DNA of 64,000 bases from Candidatus Cloacimonadota bacterium (GTDB taxonomy: Bacteria > Cloacimonadota > Cloacimonadia > G963667145). The notes under the pieces are model-generated. The model saw nothing but the letters and a program-made list of their open reading frames with translations. It ran no database searches and was not told the DNA's origin. Both the position numbers and the translations under genes were made by a program. Each line of letters starts with the position of its first letter. Positions within the stretch are counted from its first letter, which is position 1. This document shows, in pieces, positions 15,001-24,000 of this stretch. The stretch covers positions 384,001-448,000 of the forward strand of contig OY762940.1 of the NCBI GenBank assembly GCA_963667255.1. The letters are read 5' to 3'.

Positions 15001-18000
15001 TAACATCCAAATTAGCTCTATTAAACTTAATCGAGAGAGAATCGGCTTGAGGATAATTAATCTCAACTATTCCCACAGTATCAATCCTACTATAACCTGG
15101 CTTAGACAGTGTTTCCGTGTTTAAGGTATCGGAAACCCCGTTATAACCCGAGCGACTGGCTACGATTTTGTAGTAATAATAAGCACCATTTACTCTAGAG
15201 GCTGAGCCACCCAAACTATCCATAAACACATAATAACTATCAGCAGTTCCTACAGCTGTGGAAACCCATGCGGGAGAGGAAATCGCAGCAAAGCTACCGC
15301 CACGAAGTTTACGCCAAATAGCAAAATTGTATCCTCCACGATAACGAACTTTAACTTGAACTGAATCGGTTAAATTTTGGGAAACCCATACAGAATCTAT
15401 ATCGGCAGGACTCAAATACCCAACACCCCAAACTGTATCGGAATGGACTCTCTTGCTGTTAAATTTGTAGGAGTAAGCAGAAACTCCCAAAGTATAACGA
15501 TAACCGCAGATAAACTTGTAAGCAAGCGAATCTACAAACTGCTCCACAGAGCTGGTGACAGAAGTAACATTGGAGATTAGCACGGAATCTTTGCCCGTTG
15601 CCACATCTTTAACAACTATAGAATAGCCTTCAGCATCACTCTTGGCATTCCATGTAAGTTTGATTTTACTCTTGTATGCACCCTTGGAAACTGCAAGGTT
15701 TACGCAAGTATCCAACTTGGTATATCCTTTCACAGGACCGACCCACTCGGAAGTTTCGGTATTTTTCTTAGTCTTCACATAATAGTAATACAGCTTGCCG
15801 TTTGTAAGATTCTTATCAGTCAATCTGAAATAGGAAGCTAAAGGAACGGACAAATCTGTAGCTTTTATCTTCGCAATGAGAGTTGTATCTGTTTTCGCCT
15901 CATTCACTCTTCTAACAAAAATGCTATCTACACCTCTAGGTAACAAAACTTTAAGCCGAATACTGTCCGTGTAGAATGTATCTGCACTTACCAATTGGAT
16001 ATTAGACAAGGAGACAGCACATTTTCCGAGGACGGAATCTGTCCAAGGAGAAGAAGAGAGACTCTTGTTCCCACCAACAGCATTCGCCAGTCTCTTACTG
16101 TGCAATCGGACTCTGTAGTAATAATCAATACCAGCTTCCACTTCCGAAGAAGTGTCTATGAAACTCAAAGTATCCAAGCCTTGGAAACTATCTACAAGAA
16201 CATAAGAACCGGTAGCTGTTTTCTTCCTTTGAACCTCGATTTGCATTCCATAGTTTTTGTAAGCAACAGAATCTTTCGTAACAGTGGAAGAGATAGAGAA
16301 GCTTACCAATATCTCTCCGTTTCTCTTATCACTACATCCTGATATATAAACTTTCGGAGGCAAAATAAATCCTGAATCCACATTGGACAAAGAATCTGCA
16401 GGAGTTATGGAGGTTGTCCCACCAACTTTGAAATAGTATAAAATACCTGGGATAGAGCCTGCAACAGATTTCAAATTGAACCTATAATTATAAATTCCTG
16501 CTTCCGTTTTGTCCATCTCTTTAATCTTTTGAGACTCACCAAATGTGCCATTAGCACTATCGCTCATGTAAATTAAGTAATTTCCCGTATTATCATCAGC
16601 TACCACTCGGCTACCAAGATAGTTATCCCAAGTCAAAGTCAAAGAATCTGTGGAAACTCCTTTGCTGGCAGTCAAATTCTTAGGTCCTCTCAGTTTGCTG
16701 GCACCTGTCACCGTGGAAGAATAATCGGAACCACCCACAGTTCCTTCAAATCTGGCTTTAATATAAACCGGAATACCCATCAAGGTAGAATCAACAGCCA
16801 AAGAATAAACAGTATCCGTAGCTACTCTATATTTTACGACTACACTGTCCCAATTGCTCTTATTTGCTGACCACTTAATCTTGACGGAATCAACCATAAA
16901 CGATGAAAGCTGAGTCCAAGTGATTTTGATAGTATCAACAATGGTTCCATAGGTTGCACTCAAAGTCGGAGCAGGCACAGATGTGTAACCCGAGTCAATA
17001 ACTGAAACTTTGGAATAAGCAGTATCTTTCAAAGAAACAAATCTAACCTCAGCAGAGACATTGAAATAATATATTGTGCCCTGTGACAATCTTGACCCGA
17101 AGGCTCCGTTAGAGCGTAAATCCACAGAAGTGTCGGTAGTCACGAGCGAATCTACAACACTGCCACCTCTGGCGACAGATAGCCATCTGACAGTATAGAA
17201 CGGAGAGTATCCGCTAACTTTAACAGAATTCCAATTAGCCTTCACAACAGAAGCATCTTGTGCCTTAGCAACCGTAAACCCTTTAACTGTATCCAAAGAT
17301 GCAAAACCGAAATTAGCCGGACTAAAACCAGAATAATGAGTAGCATTAGCATTATCTACATTCTTAGTCCGCACACTATAGAAATAAGGGTTTCCTCTGT
17401 TAGGAACAGCATTCAGTTTAATGCTGTCAATATACACAGTGTCCAAAGCTCCCAAAACAGCCAAGGAGTCCATTCCAACAGAGAACCCGTCTATTGCCAT
17501 AGAACGATACAAAAGATAAGATTGTCCGTCTAAAGCCCTAGTCCAAGTAATTTTAATGCTATCTTTGAAATCGCCTCTCGTAGCGATAAGAGTTTCGGAA
17601 GCCCCCAAAGCCAAGCTCCCTGACAAGGTATCTGTCATTTCGGATTTATTGGAAATAGAAGTAGAAGACGCTTGCAAATAGTAGAAATAGTTCTTGCCTC
17701 GTTTCAGATTTCCTTGTGTCCAAGTGTAAACCGATTTCCCTCCGGAAGATGTAACGCTCAAATTCGATTTTTTCAGACCGAAAACAGATGGAGAATAAGG
17801 ACTTTTTAAGCTATCCAATCTGTAAACGATAAAAGAGTCCACCATAGAAGCAGGCAAAGCATCGTAAGACCAAACTAACTTCAAAGAATCTTTCCCGCTA
17901 ACTTGTGTCACAGAAGAAAGAACAGGTTTGGGCAAAGAAAGATATCCGGTATCCACAGCACTATAATGAGACTCACTAAATCTCTGAGTAACAACCTTAA

Positions 18001-21000
18001 CCTTGTAATAATAGAAAACACCCGCCTTCACATCTGTATCTACATAAGAATCCAATGTGGTTACAAAAGCACCGTCATCACTCAAGTCGTTCCGATGAAT
18101 TTTATATTTTTTCCAGCCCACATTGGTTGAAGCCAAAGTATCCCACTTCAAGATAATCTTATCTTTCCAAACAGCTTTCGTAGCTTTAAGATTAGTAAGT
18201 GTATCCAGTCTGCAATATCCGGAATCAACCGCACTATAAGGCGAACTAATCAAATCTCCCAAAGTCTCGTTTCTATAAACTTTGGCTCTCACATAGTACA
18301 TCTTAGCTGGATTTATACTGCTCAACACAGTTCTAGTGACAGCAGAAGAAACAAAACTACTCGAAGTGGGAGAACTAAAATCGGAATGAACAGAATACTC
18401 AAGAGTCATCTTGTTGACATTGGCTGCCCAAGTATTCCATTTCACTATCAACTTCTTATTGATAAGGCTGTCTTCCGCTGTCTCAACATCCACCACAGGA
18501 GCCTCAAACTGTCTCCAACCGCTATCACTCACAGCACTCTTCAGACTAACAGACAAGTTGCCTTTCCCAATCAAATAGTATTTATAGAATGTTCCTGGCA
18601 AAGCAGAGATGTCTTTGGCATAAAGGCTGTCTCCAAAGGCTGTCGTAGTCAAATCAAGCAAAGCAGTGTCTTTGGTTGGAGAAATCCTATAAACGGAATA
18701 TCCGTTAGAATAGTTCCCTTTCAACCACTTAACTTTAATAAAATCGACACTATCTCGTGAAGGAATTGGCGTTGCGGGAGCAGCCAAAGCCAAATATCCG
18801 TAAACCGAAGAACTAAGAACCGAACTGTCGTTTTTACCAAAACTGCGAACTTTGAAGAAATACTTTTTGTCTCGGGTCAAACTGGACAAATTAGTGGAAT
18901 TAACACAAGCAACCGTATCTGACAGAGAAGTGAATGTAGCTATTTTCTTATAAGTTTCGGTATCTTGTATAGTGTCATAATACAAAGCATATTTGGAAAT
19001 ATTTTTCTGGCTTGACCAAACAACCAAAATGGAATCCAAGTATGTAGCTTTGCTGGCGGACAAAATAGTCGTGGCAGGCACAGAAGCATGTCCGGAATCA
19101 ACATTGGAATAATTAATATAAGGGTCTGCCAAACTCTTGGTGAGCTCATTTCGTGCAAAGACTTTGTAATAATAAACAGTCCCATAATCTATCCTCCTGC
19201 CTACAGAATCACTGGCAGAAGAGGAAGTAAGCGTATCAATGGCGGTAAAACTGCTGTTATTTGCACTGGACAGAAGCACATACTCTGAGGCTCTATTAAC
19301 AAGCCCCCAAACCAAATTCACGGAATAGTAATTAGTTCCAGAAGAAGCACTGAGACTGCTTGGTGCCGGCAATTGTGAAAATCCCGAATCAGCGGAAGAG
19401 CGAACATTTGTGGCGGAAAGAGCGTTATAAGCCATCACTTTGTAATAAACCTTCAATCCGCTGTAGCCGGTCAACGCAGTGTCCACATAAACAGAATCTT
19501 GCTTGGTTATGTTAACTTCTATTTCTGATTTTACAGCAACATCAAACCAGCGATAAATCTTGTAACCGGTCGCATAAGGAATGGTGTCCCAACGCAATCT
19601 GATAGTGTCCAGATACAAACCGTCACTTGCCGAGACATTGCTCGGTGCAGCCAAAAGCAAATATCCACTGTCAACATCAGTAAAAAGCGAATAGCCGAAA
19701 GATCTAGTTTTCTTTCTAAGCTTGTAATAATATTTAATACCCTTGGAAAGAGAAGAGGAACTATCGACATACTTCCCAACATTCCCTACTACAGCCTTTA
19801 GATATGAGTCCGTAAAACCATTAACCGTAGATGCTCTGTAAACAAATACTGTATCGTTTGACGACAAATCGGATGTCCCCCAACTCACTAAGATGGTATC
19901 GGTATTCAGCCCCTTGGAAACGGAGAAATTCTTCGGACAAGCCGGCTTCTTCCATCCGGTGTCCACATCGCTGTATTCGGAAGTAACATCCAAATTAGGA
20001 CTTTCTTCTGTAAATCTGTATTTGAAAACATAATGATAGAACATATCATTAACCAAAATGTCTTTGTCATAATAAATTAGCGTATCGCCTTTTTGGATAC
20101 AATCGCTCTTCTTCAGCTCAAAATCGATGTAAACAGAATTCGATACATCCCCTTGATACCTTCTGAAAAGATACCGCTCTACTTTCTCCAAACCGAACCA
20201 ACTGAGCCTAATGGTATCAACTATCGTCCCCTTGGTGCACGACAAGAATTTAGGTTTGGACAATTTCAAATATCCATACCCCATATCACTTATCTTCGTT
20301 TGGCTGTTAGCGGTAGCTTGCACCCAATAATAGTAAACTTTCCCTGCAGAGATAGCTGTGTCAAGATACTCGCCCACACTGGAAAGAGGTGTAACATTAA
20401 TAGGAGTCGAAGGCTTGATAGTCACGGTGTCACGGTAAACATTAAATACTTTTTGCTCATAATCTTTCCAAGTGATTTTTACCGTATCATAGGACTCATT
20501 TTTACTCACAGTAATCACAGGTGGGAACAAAGCAGCACAGCCGGTATCGTGATAAGAAGTATCCGAGAAGCCAACTAACTTATTCCAAGCAACACTATAA
20601 TAACCATAAGTAACACCTGAGTAAACGGCAGTATCAATAAAAGAACCGTCAGCATTAAACCTATAAACAGTATCGATATTTGTAGCTCCGGATTTTTTGC
20701 GACAAACATACATACTATCGGCATTATCCACTATGTAGACAAAGACCTTAATTCCATTAATATTCTCATCATTATCGCTGGCACTCGGAGCTCTCGGAGT
20801 CTCCAACCTCGTATACCCTGTATCCATTGCACTCATAGAAGAAGTGCCAAAAACAGGATGTTTATAAGAAACCGTATAAGTATGAACTATTCCCTTGGAA
20901 CTGGCAACAAAACTTTTATCCGTATACTTTGTAACACCTGTGTCCGAACCGAGGAAATTGCCGTCTCTGTAAACAGAGTAAATAATCTGATTTAGATATG

Positions 21001-24000
21001 TGGCAACTGGAACGCTCCACGAAACAACTACAGAATCTTTGTAAGTTCCATCACTCGCCTGAATATTGGTGCACGGGAGCAATTTAACCCAGCCGGAATC
21101 AAGATTGGAACCAGTGGACTGCAATGAGCCGGCAACAGAATAGACCCTATAATAGAAAATCCCGTAAGTCGTTTTGTGACCAAGAGTATCACTATAAACT
21201 ATGTTCGTCAGAGATCCTGCATTGATAGTAGCAATAGTCGCCAAATTGCTGGAGGTAGCACCCCTTTTGATAACAAACTTCTCAGCACCAGCTCCCGGAG
21301 CTTTCTCTCCACTCTCTATCTTCCAAGTCAAAGAAACAGTATCAGACAAAGTTCCTTTCGTAGCAGTAATCTCAGGTGCTACAAGTCTAGCATATCCGCT
21401 ATCTTGGTTACTAAACTTGGAATAAGCTGCATCCATTTGAACAAAAGACTGCACGGAATATGTGTAGAATTTACCAGGGATAATAGCAACATCACTGTAA
21501 GTAGTATCGGTATAACTATTGGTAGCCGCTATGGTATCATATTTTCGCTCTCCGTTTACAACCCAACTCTTACGAAGTTTGTAGCCGTCTCCATAACTCA
21601 CTTTACGCCAATTTATAAGAATATATCCCAAGGAGTCTTGAGTAGCATCCACCAAAACAGGTGTTTCGGGGAGACACCATCCATAACTATTATTATTGTA
21701 AGTAGACAATGGAGACCAATTACGAGCATCACTACTTATGGTGTAATAAACACGATAGAAATATCTTTTCCCTTTCAAAATATCAGAAGAAATATCATTC
21801 AACAGATATGTATTTTCTGATTGCACCCATGCCTGCGTGTTAGCCACAGAAGCAGAGCCATTGACAGAAAAAGCAATTCTTGTGTAATTTGTACCATCTA
21901 TACAATCCGAATAACTTGGGTAACGATAAATAGCTATGAGATAAGGTGGTTTGTTAGGAGTAACGGAAATCTGTATAGTATCTACCTTCCCTCTGGAATA
22001 ACTGTTAACCGTTATAGCCTGCAATGGAGACAAAACACTATCGCGAACTTCAACAGATTTATTGTATTTCCCAATAGAAGTTATCGTTGCATAACCCATT
22101 TCCCCTTCTTTCAAAATTGTATCCCAATTTTCAAAGTTTGAAGGGAATGTTTTAGTGCAATTGAACGAAGAAGTAGACTTATACACAACTTTCAGAGAAT
22201 CAGTATTGTCAGCAGCTTTCCAATAAATTCTAACCTTTTCATCAGCTGCCAAAGCGGTCATCTCCAAAAGAGAAACAGGATAAAGCCTCGCCGAACCTAC
22301 TGACGACCTATCACTCATCGCAGTTACTTTGCCGGCAGAAGTAGTAGCTTTTGTATAGTAATAATATCCCAGTCCGGCATTGGATTTGGCAATAACATCC
22401 GTGTAGGAAGTCCCTGTAAGACTAGATACCAACAAAGTCGGCTCCGCTGTGCCATAGGTGCTCACCTCTTGTTTATAAAGAGAATAAGAAGATGCACCTG
22501 TATAAGCATTCCATTTTACTGTTATAAAATCAACAGAATCGGTGGTAGTGCTCACCATAGTAGGCGGAGTAAGAGCAAGCCAGCCCACAGGGTCAGTCGT
22601 GAACGAACTCTTATTCATAGTAGCCACAAACCGAGTCCCGTTTAGCCACTTAATCGGCTGAACTCTATACAAATATTCTTCCGTGTTAGTGGGGACATCG
22701 TAATATTTGCAAGAATCAACCGTAACACGAGAATAAGAACCTATATTATTCTTGCTCGTTGAACTATTCAAAATCCTGTAAATAGCATAACTATCTGCAA
22801 AAGGCACAGAGTCCCAAGTAACCGAGATATATTTGTAGCTGACACCATCACTCGCTTTAACCACATCTACTTCATCAAATAACACATAACCCGTAGCTCT
22901 GACGCTATCGGTGGAATTTTTGAGAACAGAATAACCGGTATACCCATATTTTGAACAATAGGAGTTTACATAATAAAGATACGCTTTGCCCTCTACAACA
23001 TTGTGATCTACATAAGTAATATTACCTGAACCGTCATCTGTCAACCCTGAAGATCCGATAGTAATTTTACTAAGGAGCACAGGATCATCGGAAGAACCAA
23101 GAATTACTCTCTTAACATCATAATATATAGCACTGTTTTTATTCTTCCATGTTACCTTTATAGTATCATCATAGGTAAACTTACTAGCATTCAAAGAGTC
23201 GGCAGGTTCAGGAGCTCGATAGCCCACCAAAGTATCACTATAGTGAATATCCTCTTTCCCATCATCTTTGATATGACCTGAAGTAGCTACAGCATATATC
23301 TCATATTGTTTCCTGTCAGGAGCAAGCCAACTCCCCTTATAACTTGTCGAACTTTCCACAGATTTAGCTAAGTTAATCTTAGTAAACGCTCCTGTCGTTC
23401 CCTTTACTCTCTGGTAAAAAGAGTAATTGGCACCGACACCTACCAATCCAACAGTCATGAAAATCGAATCTGCATCAGCAGTAGCATTATCTCCAGAAAC
23501 AGAGAAAGAGCTAATATCACTCAAACTCACAAACCCCGAATCAATATTAGAAAATTCGGAAACAACCAAACCGGAATCTACACCCAACAAAGCCTTTATC
23601 TTATTTTGCAAACTCGAACTGTAAGCCCTGACCTTGTAGGAATACATCGTTCCTCTGTCATACGAAACATCCAAACAATTCAAAGAACTTGTCGTGCAAA
23701 TCTTAGCAAAAGCATCGGTCGCAACATTAGTTTTTTTCTTCCAAACTTCATACCCATCTATTTCTTTAGCATAACTGGAATCCCAAGTAACATTAACATT
23801 GGTTATTCCTCCCTTAACCGCTTTGCAATTAGTAGGAGGAAGAAATTTAAGATAACTCGGTTTCTGGTTGCCAAGACTTGAAGCTCCATCGGATGAAGCA
23901 ATATTCCTTTTATCTGGATTATACGCTTTCATCGCCAATATCAAGAAAGACCCTTTGCTGATACCGGCATCAATAGCGTTAAAAGTATAACTAATCTCTG